DNA of 64,000 nucleotides from Bdellovibrionales bacterium (GTDB lineage Bacteria; Bdellovibrionota; Bdellovibrionia; Bdellovibrionales; UBA1609): contig JBPCUO010000056.1 in NCBI GenBank assembly GCA_051011135.1, forward strand, positions 44,315 through 108,314. Direction: 5' to 3'. Both the position numbers and the translations under genes were made by a program. The stretch's first letter is position 1, and each line of letters starts with the position of its first letter. Of this stretch, positions 1-10,114 are shown in pieces. The notes under the pieces were generated by a model. That model ran no database searches and was not told where the DNA came from. It worked only from the letters and a program-made list of their open reading frames with translations.

Positions 1-936
1 TGCTCCTTTTAAAAGATTATCAGCAACAAGCCATAATACCCAAGATTTTTTTGATATTCCATCTTGATGAACGCGCCCAACAAAAACATCTGCTTTTCCA
101 GAGGCTTGACGCCCATGAGGAGGTTCTTGACCATCTTCAAAACTATGAACTTTGACATAAGGAGATAAGGCCTCTTCAATATCCTTGATGGAAGAAGGAG
201 GTTTTTTTAAAGAAAACCATAGAACCTCTCCATGAGAATTTAAAGTAGGAACTCGAACTGTAAAAGCGGAAATTTTAAGATCTGGGTTTCTTAGAATTTT
301 TTTACTTTCAAAAATAATTTTTGCCTCTTCCTCGCAAAAACCATTTTCAAGAATAGAACCAATATAAGGAACGCAATTAAAAGGAGTCTCCATTTTATCT
401 TCTTCATACTTGGTTTTTGCCGCTAAAATACTTAAACTTCCTTCTTTGAGTGTATTAAGAGCCTTGCTTCCTGCTCCGCTAATAGATTGTAAACTTACAA
501 CTCGAACCTCTTCTAAGCCAAACTTCTCCTGCAAGGGATGGAGGGCTAATACAAGTTGAATCGTAGAACAATTAGGGTTTGAAATAATTTGAGGGTGGTT
601 GTTTAAAAGATCTCCATTCACTTCAGGAACAATAAGTAATTTATCAGGATCTCTACGAAAAGCAGAAGAATTATCGATCACAATCACTTTTTCTTTTTCC
701 GCTTGAGGTCCCCATTGAGAGCTCACTTCTTTACCTGCTGAAAAAAAACAAACATCCAAACCTTCAAAACATTTTTCTTTTAAAATTTGAGTCTCTATTT
801 TTTGATTATTAAAATCACAATCTTTTTTAGAACGAGCAAAAAGACGAATCTCTTGAATCTGCCGATGAAAAGGACTCAAAAGTTTTAAAAATCTTTGGCC
901 TACAAGTCCAGTAGCACCTACAATACCAATTTTCAT
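1..936 (-). CDS. asd: Aspartate-semialdehyde dehydrogenase; the C-terminal ~20 aa lie outside the window
   Basis: Not in the ORF track because it is open at the window edge. Reverse translation gives MKIGIVGATGLVGQ (Rossmann GxxGxxG), then ISNPNCSTIQ (active-site Cys context), then VADNLLKGA at position 1. Two more in-frame ATGs at 942 and 948 could be the true start. Confidence 0.85.
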   Translation of the reverse strand, partial: MKIGIVGATGLVGQRFLKLLSPFHRQIQEIRLFARSKKDCDFNNQKIETQILKEKCFEGLDVCFFSAGKEVSSQWGPQAEKEKVIVIDNSSAFRRDPDKLLIVPEVNGDLLNNHPQIISNPNCSTIQLVLALHPLQEKFGLEEVRVVSLQSISGAGSKALNTLKEGSLSILAAKTKYEEDKMETPFNCVPYIGSILENGFCEEEAKIIFESKKILRNPDLKISAFTVRVPTLNSHGEVLWFSLKKPPSSIKDIEEALSPYVKVHSFEDGQEPPHGRQASGKADVFVGRVHQDGISKKSWVLWLVADNLLKGA

Positions 937-976
937 ACTCATAGTCATAGTATAGAAAAAATAAAAAAGCAGCTTT

Positions 977-1639
977 TTATTTCTTTTTTAGAGATTTTTT
1001 TTTCTTCTTTTCTTTCTTCTTTTTTTTCTCAAGTAACTTGCTTTTTTTAATTCGTTTTTCTAAAATTTTACCAGCAATATGAGAAGGGGAAGCTGTCTTT
1101 CCGCGACCCTCATTTAAACGAAGATGGTTAACTAAAGAATCACTGAGTTTTATTTTTTCATCTCGAAGATTTTTAAAAATCTCATTTGTCTTAGAGTTAG
1201 AATTTCCTTTAGCATAAGAAATTGAATTTTCTAAAATATATAAAGAACCCGCTTGAGATACAGCAGAACTTTTTTTGCTTTTAAGAATAGGAATAGATTC
1301 TTTTATAATCTCTTCTAAAACATTTATAAAAGGCTTATAGATATTAATCTCTGCTTTTAAAGGAATTAAAAGAGAACTTCTAAGTCCATCTGTATCTGGC
1401 CGCATAAATAAAATCTTAAGAGCTTTTTTTAATTCGTAAATAGCTTGATCAGGATCTGAATAATCTTTTTTAGAGTTCTTTTCTTTTTTTTCTGGAAAAA
1501 GATTTTGAGTTTTTCGAATATGAGAATCTATAATGACACGCATTTGCTCATAATCTTTAACTTTAAGATCTTCGTAAGTGTCTCTTCCTAAAGAGGTTAA
1601 GGTAAAAAAGATGCAAAATGTAATTAAAATTTTATTCAA
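977..1639 (-). CDS. Hypothetical secreted protein with a lysine-rich C-terminal tail
   Basis: 220-aa ORF with a TTG start. It has an N-terminal hydrophobic signal-like segment (MNKILITFCIFFTLTSLG) and a C-terminal EKKKKKEKKKKKSLKKK. I recognise no family motif. Confidence 0.55.
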   Translation of the reverse strand: MNKILITFCIFFTLTSLGRDTYEDLKVKDYEQMRVIIDSHIRKTQNLFPEKKEKNSKKDYSDPDQAIYELKKALKILFMRPDTDGLRSSLLIPLKAEINIYKPFINVLEEIIKESIPILKSKKSSAVSQAGSLYILENSISYAKGNSNSKTNEIFKNLRDEKIKLSDSLVNHLRLNEGRGKTASPSHIAGKILEKRIKKSKLLEKKKKKEKKKKKSLKKK

Positions 1640-1770
1640 AGTACCTAGATTTTAGCCTATCTTTTAAGAAAAGAAAATAGAAAAATAACCTAAATTGGTT
1701 TGATCTCAATCCTTTTTTATTATAGCCTATTTTTATTAATTTTTTACGACTTAAAACCTTAGGAGGTCAA

Positions 1771-2517
1771 ATGGATAAAAAAATTATTATGTTAGTTGTG
1801 GGATCATCTATTGTTACTTTTATTTTATCAGTTGTTTTTTCTATCAACATGGTTTCTATAAAGCCAAAAAATTTAGCGAGCGTTATTGTAAAAGACCCTG
1901 TTGTTTTTATGGATGCTGTTCGAAAAGCAGCGACCAATCATGAAAGACTCAGCGCTGAACAAAAACTAGAAGAACAATTTAAAAAACCTGCTGTTATTAA
2001 AACAAAAGGTCGCGTTATGTTTGGAGATAAAAAAGCTCCTATTACCATCGTTGAATTTTCTGATTTTCAATGTCCTTATTGTGCAAAAGCGAGCGAAAGA
2101 ATGAAAGAACTTGTTAAAAAATATGATGGAAAAGTCAATGTAGTTTACAAGCATTTTCCTTTAAGTTTTCATCCTTTTGCAAAACCAGCTTCTGAATATT
2201 TTGAAGCTATTGCTTTAGTTAATCACAATAAAGCCAAAGAATTTCATGATCAAATTTTTGATAATTTCTCCAAGTATGGAAGATTAAAAAGTCCGACAGA
2301 TATTACAAATAAATTAAATGCTCTAGTTAAAAAAATAGGTCTAAATATTTCTGATGTTAATAAAAATTTAAGTTCTGGAAAAAAGATAGTAGAAGCTGAT
2401 CTTAAAGAAGCTCAAACTCTTGGTGTCAATGGAACTCCTAGTTTTTTTGTTAATGGAATTAATGCTAGAAGTGTTGGTCCAGAAATGATCATCGAAAGAC
2501 TGCTTAAAAATATGTAA
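1771..2517 (+). CDS. DsbA-family thiol:disulfide oxidoreductase, membrane-anchored
   Basis: Strong SD (AGGAGG) 5 nt upstream of the ATG. An N-terminal TM helix is followed by a thioredoxin-fold CPYC active site (FSDFQCPYCAKA) and the GTPSFFVNG motif typical of DsbA-like proteins. Confidence 0.8.
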   Translation: MDKKIIMLVVGSSIVTFILSVVFSINMVSIKPKNLASVIVKDPVVFMDAVRKAATNHERLSAEQKLEEQFKKPAVIKTKGRVMFGDKKAPITIVEFSDFQCPYCAKASERMKELVKKYDGKVNVVYKHFPLSFHPFAKPASEYFEAIALVNHNKAKEFHDQIFDNFSKYGRLKSPTDITNKLNALVKKIGLNISDVNKNLSSGKKIVEADLKEAQTLGVNGTPSFFVNGINARSVGPEMIIERLLKNM

Positions 2518-2638
2518 AAAAACTTTGTTGATAGTCCGCTTTTAGGTACCTTTTAAAAGTGGACTCATCAATAAAATACTCATCCATAACCTTAAAAAGC
2601 TTTTCATTCTTTCTTATGTATTATAAATAAGAATTATC

Positions 2639-3541
2639 GTGAAAGTTTTAAAACAAGATGAAAAAAAGCCAGAATGGCTAAAAGTTAAAATTCCTTCTGG
2701 AACCAATTATCATTCTATTAAAAAACTTGTTAAAGATTTAAAATTATCTACAGTATGTCAGGAAGCCAATTGCCCTAATATTGGTGAATGTTGGGGAGGC
2801 GGAACTGCAACTTTAATGCTAATGGGAGATGTCTGCACAAGAGGTTGTCGTTTTTGCAATGTTAAAACTGGTAATCCCAAAGGTTGGTTGGATGAAAATG
2901 AACCTCAAAAAGTTGCTTTCACAATTTCAAAACTCAATTTAAAATATGTTGTATTAACGAGCGTAGATAGAGATGACCTTCCTGATGAAGGCTCTGAGCA
3001 TTTTGCAAAAACAGTTTCTTATATAAAAATGAAGCAGCCTAAACTTCTTGTAGAAGTTTTAACTCCTGATTTTAGCGGACGAGCAGCATGTATAAGGAAG
3101 GTTCTTCTTGCGAAACCTGATGTTTTTGCTCATAACATAGAAACTGTAGAACGATTAACTCCCAAAGTTCGAGATCCAAGATCTAAGTACTTGCAATCTT
3201 TAAAAGTTTTAGAAATAGCTAAAAAAGAATCTCCCAGAATATACACTAAAACTTCTATTATGCTAGGTTTTGGAGAAACAGATTTAGAGCTGCAAAAAAC
3301 ACTAGAAGATTTAAGAAAAGTAAAATGTGATTTTATTACTTTTGGACAATATTTACGCCCTCAAAAAAGACATTTACCTGTACAAAGATATGTCCCTCCT
3401 GAAGAATTTGAAAATTGGAAACGAAGAGCTGAAGATATGGGTTTTTTATATTGTGCTTCAGGCCCTTTAGTGAGGAGTTCTTATAAAGCAGGAGAGTTTT
3501 TTATAGAATCTTTGATAAAGTCTAGAGGGGAACATAAATGA
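2639..3541 (+). CDS. lipA: Lipoyl synthase
   Basis: GTG start. Contains the auxiliary-cluster motif [12 protein letters not shown] and the radical-SAM motif [10 protein letters not shown]. Full-length similarity pattern to LipA. Confidence 0.95.
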   Translation: MKVLKQDEKKPEWLKVKIPSGTNYHSIKKLVKDLKLSTVCQEANCPNIGECWGGGTATLMLMGDVCTRGCRFCNVKTGNPKGWLDENEPQKVAFTISKLNLKYVVLTSVDRDDLPDEGSEHFAKTVSYIKMKQPKLLVEVLTPDFSGRAACIRKVLLAKPDVFAHNIETVERLTPKVRDPRSKYLQSLKVLEIAKKESPRIYTKTSIMLGFGETDLELQKTLEDLRKVKCDFITFGQYLRPQKRHLPVQRYVPPEEFENWKRRAEDMGFLYCASGPLVRSSYKAGEFFIESLIKSRGEHK

Positions 3542-4785
3542 ATATTAAAGAAATAAAACTTCCTGATCTTGGAGAAGGTGTCACTGAAGGGGAAATTATA
3601 GATATTAAAGTCTCTCCTGGAGAGCAGATATCTATAGATCAAATTCTCTTAGAAGTTATGACGGACAAAGCTTCTATGGAAATTCCATCAACGATTGAAG
3701 GTCAAGTTAAAGAACTCAAAGCTCAAAAAGGATCGATGGTTTCTGTAGGAGAGGTTATTTTAACTGTAGAAACTAAAAAAGATTTTCAGGATCTTTCCTC
3801 TGAAAAAAAGGCTGTTCCTGAAAAAAAAGAAGCAGCTCCTGAAAAAAGAAAAAAAGCAGAATCAAAATCTTCTTATTCCAATGACAGTCTAGCCAATGAC
3901 AATCTAGCCATTCCAGCAACAAGAAAACTCGCAAAAGAACTGGGAATTTCTCTGGCAGACATTCCTAAAAAAACTGATCAAATCACAAGAGAAGATCTGA
4001 TTGCCTATATAAAATCCTCTTCTCAAACACAAACTCATGGGGCCTTTACTTCAAAAGCGACATCTTTAGATATAGGAAATGAAGAAGAACTAAAAAGAGA
4101 ACCTCTGACAGGAATCAAACGAATCATGTTTGAAACTATGACATCTTCTAAATCTACAATTCCTCATTTTACAATTATAGAAAAAGCGAATGTAAAACAT
4201 CTTGTTAAGATTCGCTCACAATTTAAAGAAAAGTTAAGATCTAAAAATATAGGAATTACTTATCTTCCCTTTTTTATAAAAGCGATTGCATCTAGATTAA
4301 AAGAATTTCCTGTTTTTAATAGCAGTTATGATCCCCATAAAAAAGAATTGGTTTATAAAAAATCTATTCATATTGGAATTGCAATAGATACGCCACAAGG
4401 ACTTATCGTTCCTGTTATTAAAAATCTGGCAGATAAAAGTCTTTTAGATATTATAAAAGAAATAAAAAATATTAAGACAAAAATGCAAGATAACCGAATA
4501 CAAAGAGAAGATTTAAGAGGAGCTTCCATAACTCTTACTAATATTGGAAGCATTGGAGGTATTTCTGGAACACCTATTATCAACCCTCCTGAAGTTGCTA
4601 TCTTAGGAATTTATCGAATGTATCCACAAGTTGTACAAAATTCACAATCTCAATTTGAAGAACAACCTTTTATTAATTTCTCTATAACTTGTGATCATCG
4701 CTTCATAGATGGAGCGACTGCAACTCGATTTTTGAAATCTTTTGTAAATCGAATAGAAGAGCCTAGCTTAATTATGCTAGATTAA
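3538..4785 (+). CDS. Dihydrolipoamide acyltransferase, the E2 component of a 2-oxoacid dehydrogenase complex
   Basis: N-terminal lipoyl domain ([13 protein letters not shown]), Lys/Pro/Ala-rich linker, peripheral-subunit-binding segment ([16 protein letters not shown]) and catalytic domain with DHRFIDG. The start overlaps the lipA stop (ATGA). Confidence 0.9.
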   Translation: MNIKEIKLPDLGEGVTEGEIIDIKVSPGEQISIDQILLEVMTDKASMEIPSTIEGQVKELKAQKGSMVSVGEVILTVETKKDFQDLSSEKKAVPEKKEAAPEKRKKAESKSSYSNDSLANDNLAIPATRKLAKELGISLADIPKKTDQITREDLIAYIKSSSQTQTHGAFTSKATSLDIGNEEELKREPLTGIKRIMFETMTSSKSTIPHFTIIEKANVKHLVKIRSQFKEKLRSKNIGITYLPFFIKAIASRLKEFPVFNSSYDPHKKELVYKKSIHIGIAIDTPQGLIVPVIKNLADKSLLDIIKEIKNIKTKMQDNRIQREDLRGASITLTNIGSIGGISGTPIINPPEVAILGIYRMYPQVVQNSQSQFEEQPFINFSITCDHRFIDGATATRFLKSFVNRIEEPSLIMLD

Positions 4786-5728
4786 ATCTAGCAGAAGATG
4801 CTTTTTCTAAACGATTCCAAATCGCTTCCCAAATTTCTCCGCTTTGATTCTTATTTTTTATAACAAAAATAATATTCTTATCATTTTCAGATAATTTTCT
4901 TAAATCAGAATAAAGGTAACGAGCCAGTAGATGAGGTGGTTTTTCTAATGGTAATTTTTTTAAAAAAGAAGCCGGATATTTATCACTTAAAAAAGATCTA
5001 ATTTCTGGGTCCTCTTTCTTGCTTTCCACAATAATTAAAGGAACCTTAGGTTTATAGTGTTCCTTTTGTGATCCTGGTTGAGAATTTTCTTTTTTATCTT
5101 TAACAACAAAATTCAAGCCTTGATCCTCTAAGAAAATCTCTAAATCCTTTTTTGTAATAACTCCAGGTCTTAAAATAAAAAGAGTCTTTGTTTCTAAATC
5201 TGGTTTAATAATTGTAGATTCCAAACCAATCTCACACTCTCCCCCATCTAAAACAGAAACTTTCCCTGAAAAATTATTGATGACATCCTCTGCTTTTGTA
5301 GGGCTTAACCTTGTATATAAATTAGCGCTTGGAGCGGCTAAAGGCTGCCCCAAATCTTTTAATAATTTTCTCAATAAAGGATGTTTAGGAATTCTAAGAG
5401 CTACTGTTTCTTGATCTGCTGTAATTATTGGTAAAATCTTCTTGTTTTTAGAAGCCACAATCGTTAAAGGCCCTGGTGAAAAATAATTCCATAAAGTTTC
5501 TAAAAATTCAGTTTCTCCTGAAACGCATTGTTTCGCTTGAAAAATATCCAGACAATGAACAATCAGAGGGTTAATAGGAGGGCGCTTTTTTAAAGAAAAA
5601 ATCTTTTCTAAAGTTTCTAATTGATCAATTCGACCTGCTAAACCATAAACAGTTTCTGTAGGTACAGCAACAACTTCTCCTGATCTTAAAAGACTTAAAG
5701 CTTCTTTATAACTTAATTTAGAATTCAC
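4772..5728 (-). CDS. tsaC: L-threonylcarbamoyladenylate synthase (Sua5/TsaC family, long form with Sua5 C-terminal domain)
   Basis: YrdC-domain motifs VAVPTETVYGLA and SANLY. Its 318-aa length implies the additional Sua5 C-terminal domain. Confidence 0.85.
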   Translation of the reverse strand: MNSKLSYKEALSLLRSGEVVAVPTETVYGLAGRIDQLETLEKIFSLKKRPPINPLIVHCLDIFQAKQCVSGETEFLETLWNYFSPGPLTIVASKNKKILPIITADQETVALRIPKHPLLRKLLKDLGQPLAAPSANLYTRLSPTKAEDVINNFSGKVSVLDGGECEIGLESTIIKPDLETKTLFILRPGVITKKDLEIFLEDQGLNFVVKDKKENSQPGSQKEHYKPKVPLIIVESKKEDPEIRSFLSDKYPASFLKKLPLEKPPHLLARYLYSDLRKLSENDKNIIFVIKNKNQSGEIWEAIWNRLEKASSARFNLA

Positions 5729-5740
5729 TCTTATTGTTTT

Positions 5741-7180
5741 TTAATTTTTAGAAGCTTGAGAGTAACCTGGTTTCCCATTAAAATTGTATAGATTTTCTGT
5801 CTTGATCAAATCCATATTTTCTTTTAGGAATTGAGATAATAAATTTATAATTTCTTGTGGATCAACGCATGTGTCAGGAGAGGAAAATCGACAGCGCCAA
5901 TGATCTGATTTATCAGAAAGAGGTTCCGCACCTGGCCAAAAATTTAAACCTCGACTAGACACAGAATTTAACTTTAATTGTTTTGTCTCTTTCGATTTTA
6001 CTTTTTTAACAAAATCTTCCATTTTATCTACCCTAGCATCTATATAGACATCCACGCCAACAAGTTCCTTTTTTTCTTTAGGAGATTCTAATGTTTTTAA
6101 ATCTTGAGATTTGGTTTTTTGATAGGACACTGGATTTAAATTTTTAGGCTTTTCTCCAAATCGTTTTATAACTGCTTTACCAAATTCTTTAGTTCCAACC
6201 TTTTCATGACTGACACCTTCTTTATAAATATCATAAGTATGAATTCCATCTTCTAAAGTTTTTAACCAAGCGTTTTGTATCATAGTTGCTTCTTTGTTAA
6301 AATTTAAGTGAACTAACATTTGAACAGCCGCTAACAGCAACCCTGAAGGATTTGCTAAATTTTGCCCTGCTCTTCTAGGAGCAGAACCATGGATCGCTTC
6401 AAACATAGCATACTCTCCACCTATATTAGATGAACCTGCCAAACCTACTGAACCTGTAATTTGAGCGGTAATGTCCGAAAGGATATCTCCATAAAGATTA
6501 GGTAGTACAATAACATCAAATTGTTCTGGAGAATCAGCAACCTTAGCCATTCCAATATCTACAATCCAATGTTCACTTTCAATATCAGGATACTCTTTAG
6601 ATATTTCTTCAAATCTATTATGAAACATTCCATCAGAAATTTTCATAATATTATCTTTAGTAAAACAAGTTACTTTTTTGCGATTATTTTGTTTGGCATA
6701 TTCAAAAGCATATTTAATAATTTTTGAAGATCCTCTATAAGAAAGAAGCTTCAAACTTTGATACACTTCTTGAGTTTGTCGATATTCAATTCCAGAATAA
6801 AGATCTTCTTCATTTTCACGAATAATAACAAGATCCATTTTGGGATGTTTGGTGTCTAAATAAGGATAGTAAGAAACACAAGGACGCACATTAGCATAAA
6901 GGCCTAAACTTTTTCGAACTGTAACATTTAAACTTCTATACCCTCCACCTTGAGGTGTTGTGATAGGAGCTTTTAAAAAAACTTTTGTTCGATGAAGAGA
7001 TTCCCAAGTTTTATCTTCAATTCCTGCGAGGTTACCTGCTTTATAAACTTCTTCACCAATTTTAACTTCTTCTATTTCTAAAGGTACTTTTGCTGCTTTA
7101 AGAATATCTAATGCGACATCCATAATTTCAGGACCAATTCCATTTCCATGAGCAACAGTAATTTTTCTTAAATCAGACAT
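5741..7180 (-). CDS. icd: Isocitrate dehydrogenase (isocitrate/isopropylmalate dehydrogenase family, long ~480-aa form)
   Basis: Motifs SLNVTVRKSLGLYANVRP, NLYGDILSD and GSAPRRAG. I place the start at MSDLRKITV (M14 of the track ORF), because the first 13 track residues look like read-through. Confidence 0.85.
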   Translation of the reverse strand: MSDLRKITVAHGNGIGPEIMDVALDILKAAKVPLEIEEVKIGEEVYKAGNLAGIEDKTWESLHRTKVFLKAPITTPQGGGYRSLNVTVRKSLGLYANVRPCVSYYPYLDTKHPKMDLVIIRENEEDLYSGIEYRQTQEVYQSLKLLSYRGSSKIIKYAFEYAKQNNRKKVTCFTKDNIMKISDGMFHNRFEEISKEYPDIESEHWIVDIGMAKVADSPEQFDVIVLPNLYGDILSDITAQITGSVGLAGSSNIGGEYAMFEAIHGSAPRRAGQNLANPSGLLLAAVQMLVHLNFNKEATMIQNAWLKTLEDGIHTYDIYKEGVSHEKVGTKEFGKAVIKRFGEKPKNLNPVSYQKTKSQDLKTLESPKEKKELVGVDVYIDARVDKMEDFVKKVKSKETKQLKLNSVSSRGLNFWPGAEPLSDKSDHWRCRFSSPDTCVDPQEIINLLSQFLKENMDLIKTENLYNFNGKPGYSQASKN

Positions 7181-7237
7181 ATTAAAATTAAAAAAAACAC
7201 AAAAAGAATTTAAAGGCAATATTTTATAAAAATAAAT

Positions 7238-8326
7238 TTATAAATCATCATAATCTATAACAACTTTTTTAGAAAGAGGATAGCATTGGCAAGTCAGCAT
7301 CTCTAAAGATTCAATATTTTCTTCATCTAAAATACCTTCTTCTAATTGAAAAATCTTACCTTCTTTGAGCTTAGCCATACAAGTCATACAAGACCCTGAT
7401 GCACAAGAAAAAGGAACATTATGCCCTTGATCTAAAAGCTGTTCTAAAAGAGATTTTTCACGATTCATATTTATTTCAATGTCTTCTCCATTTAAAGTCG
7501 CTTTTAAAATTTTAGGCTCTTCTTCTACAGCATATCCTTTTTCAAAAAAAACAGAATACTTATCGGGTTTAGGTCCTAAAACAGGAACAACATTAAAATC
7601 TTCTTTAAAAATACATGCAGAAGAGCAGCCTTTTTCTAAAAGAGTATCACTAATAAAATTCATATAATCTTTAGGGCCACATAAATAAAATAAACTGTCT
7701 TTTAATGAAAATTTTTCCAGAACCTTAGATAGTTTTTGGGAGTCTAATCTCGCTCCTTTTTCAGATAAAAGATATTGAATTTCTAAAGTATCAGGATATT
7801 TTTCCTGCCATTGATTAAGAGATTTTTTATACAAAATATCATCTTCCTTTTTATTAGAATAAATTAAAAACATTTTTTTACAAAGATTAGATTGTAAAGC
7901 TGTTTTTAAAATTGAAAATAACGGAGTAATGCCAATGCCTGCGCTAAATAAAATATAATTTTTATTATCTAAAGTTTTAGGAAGCGTAAAAAAATTCCCT
8001 AAAGGTTTTTGTGATAAAATCTCATCTCCTTCATTAACAAAATCAATCATATAATTAGAAACTATTCCCCCTTCGACTCTTTTAACAGAAGTCTGTAAGG
8101 GCTCTTCTAAAAAAGGAGAAGAGGAAAGCGAATAGCTTCGCAAGTAATCCTTCCCCTTGATAGAAAATTTAAAAGTTAGAAACTGAGATGTTTTATAGGA
8201 AAAAATAGATTCATGCTCTTTAGCAACAGAAAAATAAAAAGAATAGCTATTCTTTGTTTCTTGCTGTTTTTTAATAACTTTCAAAGGATAATATTCTAAA
8301 GACATTTGATTATTGAAATAATACAT
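7238..8326 (-). CDS. Ferredoxin-NAD(P)+ reductase-like flavoprotein with a C-terminal plant-type 2Fe-2S ferredoxin domain (PaaE-like architecture)
   Basis: FAD-binding RSYSLSS motif, NAD-binding GIGITP motif and C-terminal CASGSCMTC...C cysteine pattern. Confidence 0.75.
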   Translation of the reverse strand: MYYFNNQMSLEYYPLKVIKKQQETKNSYSFYFSVAKEHESIFSYKTSQFLTFKFSIKGKDYLRSYSLSSSPFLEEPLQTSVKRVEGGIVSNYMIDFVNEGDEILSQKPLGNFFTLPKTLDNKNYILFSAGIGITPLFSILKTALQSNLCKKMFLIYSNKKEDDILYKKSLNQWQEKYPDTLEIQYLLSEKGARLDSQKLSKVLEKFSLKDSLFYLCGPKDYMNFISDTLLEKGCSSACIFKEDFNVVPVLGPKPDKYSVFFEKGYAVEEEPKILKATLNGEDIEINMNREKSLLEQLLDQGHNVPFSCASGSCMTCMAKLKEGKIFQLEEGILDEENIESLEMLTCQCYPLSKKVVIDYDDL

Positions 8327-8366
8327 TTATAAAAATATTTCAACAATTAATTCTTTTTAGAAATCT

Positions 8367-9233
8367 TCAATACCCCCATTTTACTGAAGACTTTAACAAT
8401 GGGGAATCTCCTCGAAGATCTACAATAAGTTGACCTCCTGGCATATCAATAAATACTTCTTTAAAGTGACGACCTTTAGAAGAGCGAACAAAAGCAGTGG
8501 CAATAGATAAAGCTCCTGTCCCACACGCTAAAGTGAAATCTTCTACACCTCTTTCAAAAGTTATACCCTTTAAATAATTATCTTTTTCTATTTTATAATA
8601 GGAAACATTCATGCCTTCTTCTTGGAATTTTTTATTGTATCTCATAGCTTGAGCAAGAGGTTTTAAATCTTCTTTTTGAAAATCAGATTCCCATTCTAAA
8701 ACAGCATGAGGAACTCCTGACACTACAAATGAGTAAGGATATTCTTTGCCTTTATAGGAAAAAAATAAAGAGGATTTAACTATAGAGTTTTTAGATAATG
8801 ATATAGACCAATCCCCTTGAAAGTTTTTCATTGCTTTTATAGAAAATTGTCCTAATTGAAAATTTTCAAAATTTAAATTTGTCTTTCTGCCATAATCTAT
8901 TAAACAACAAGATGCATTGCCACACATTTCTGGCATAGAACCATCTTTATTATAAAAATCATAATGAGGAATTAAATTTTTAGAATCTTTAAAAACAATA
9001 AGGCCATCGGAATCCTTAAACTCTTTTAAAGAAAAAATCTCTTTCAAAAAAAAGGATCTCTCTTCTTGAGATTTTTGAGATAATTCTTCAAAGTTTTTAA
9101 AAGGCTGTTCAATTAAACAACTATAAGGGGGCAAAAAATCCATAAGTTTTGCATCAAACCATCTATAGTCAGCCACAAGAAATTTATTTCCAGAGGCTGA
9201 TATTTTTATTAGATATTTATTATTTTTTATCAT
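8367..9233 (-). CDS. dapF: Diaminopimelate epimerase
   Basis: Both catalytic-Cys contexts are present: KDGSMPEMCGNASCC and FTLACGTGALS. The start is placed at M7 (MIKNNKY), which shares one base with the upstream permease stop (TAATG). The track start is 9251. Confidence 0.8.
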   Translation of the reverse strand: MIKNNKYLIKISASGNKFLVADYRWFDAKLMDFLPPYSCLIEQPFKNFEELSQKSQEERSFFLKEIFSLKEFKDSDGLIVFKDSKNLIPHYDFYNKDGSMPEMCGNASCCLIDYGRKTNLNFENFQLGQFSIKAMKNFQGDWSISLSKNSIVKSSLFFSYKGKEYPYSFVVSGVPHAVLEWESDFQKEDLKPLAQAMRYNKKFQEEGMNVSYYKIEKDNYLKGITFERGVEDFTLACGTGALSIATAFVRSSKGRHFKEVFIDMPGGQLIVDLRGDSPLLKSSVKWGY

Positions 9234-10114
9234 TAAGGAATCTCCATCCATTTAGTATCAAAAACATCTCTTAGCCTTTCTCCTAGAATATTAATACATA
9301 AAATTAAAACTAAAATACAAATACCAGGAAATGTAACTAACCACCAAGAACTTTCTATGTAAGCTCTTCCATCAGCAATCATAGATCCCCATTCGGAAAG
9401 TGGAGGTTGAGCTCCTAAACCCAAAAAACTCAAAGCAGCGACACTTAATATACCTTCACTAAAAGTCAGAATAGCTTGAACAGATATTTCCCCAAAGCTA
9501 TTAGGTAAAATATGATAAAAAATAACTCGAAAAGGATGAGCTCCAAAGCTGATACTTGACTGAACATAATCCTGACCCTTTTCTCTCAATACAAGACTTC
9601 TTACTAAACGAAACATAGGAGGGATGGACATAACACTAACAGCAATACAAGCATTGAAAAGACTAGGGCTTAAAACAGCTATGACAATAATAGCAATAAG
9701 TATTCCGGGAAAAGACATTAAAGTATCTATCATTCCCATAATAAAAGGATCCATTTTTTTAAAATAACCTGCAATAACTCCTAACAAACAACCAAAGAAA
9801 AGAGAAATGATCATAACTAAAAAACCAACCATTAAAGAAATTTTTCCACCATAGAATAACCGAGACATAAAATCGCGACCTAAATCATCTGTTCCTAATA
9901 AGAAAGAACTATTCCCTCCCTCTTTCCAAATAGGAGGCAGATTTAAATACTCTTCATAAATCTGATTAGGAGAATGTTTTAAAAACCAAGAAGAGGTTAA
10001 AGATAAAAAGCAAATAAGGAAAAACACACAAAAACAAATTAAAGATATTTTATCTTTTTTTAATGTTTGAATTATTTTTAAAAAAGTAGCTTGAAAAGTA
10101 TTTTTTGATTTCAT
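9233..10114 (-). CDS. Peptide/nickel ABC transporter permease (DppC/OppC-like)
   Basis: Six-TM BPD_transp_1-type permease with an OppC-type N-terminal region. Adjacent to the DppB-like and family-5 SBP genes. Confidence 0.85.
   Translation of the reverse strand: MKSKNTFQATFLKIIQTLKKDKISLICFCVFFLICFLSLTSSWFLKHSPNQIYEEYLNLPPIWKEGGNSSFLLGTDDLGRDFMSRLFYGGKISLMVGFLVMIISLFFGCLLGVIAGYFKKMDPFIMGMIDTLMSFPGILIAIIVIAVLSPSLFNACIAVSVMSIPPMFRLVRSLVLREKGQDYVQSSISFGAHPFRVIFYHILPNSFGEISVQAILTFSEGILSVAALSFLGLGAQPPLSEWGSMIADGRAYIESSWWLVTFPGICILVLILCINILGERLRDVFDTKWMEIP

Noticed and set aside
977-1060. Long A/G-rich run encoding the poly-lysine tail (EKKKKKEKKKKKSLKKK), considered as a programmed slippage or frameshift site.
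   Set aside because: The ORF ends normally at a TAA, and no alternative-frame extension of meaningful length follows. This is probably just a basic tail in an AT-rich genome.
5741-6150. The ~130-aa C-terminal extension of isocitrate dehydrogenase, considered as a possible novel domain.
   Set aside because: From memory, a ~480-aa long form of NAD/NADP-IDH is a known subfamily, for example in Rickettsia-type and some other bacteria. It is probably not novel, and a profile search would confirm this.
7181-7219. Thirteen extra N-terminal residues on the icd track ORF (MPLNSFCVFFNFN). A similar 32-residue extension precedes ctaB (24930-25025).
   Set aside because: The conserved N-termini start at the internal Met (MSDLRKITVAHGNG and MTLLKDYSRLTKLG). 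For ctaB, the internal ATG forms a typical ATGA overlap with the preceding gene.
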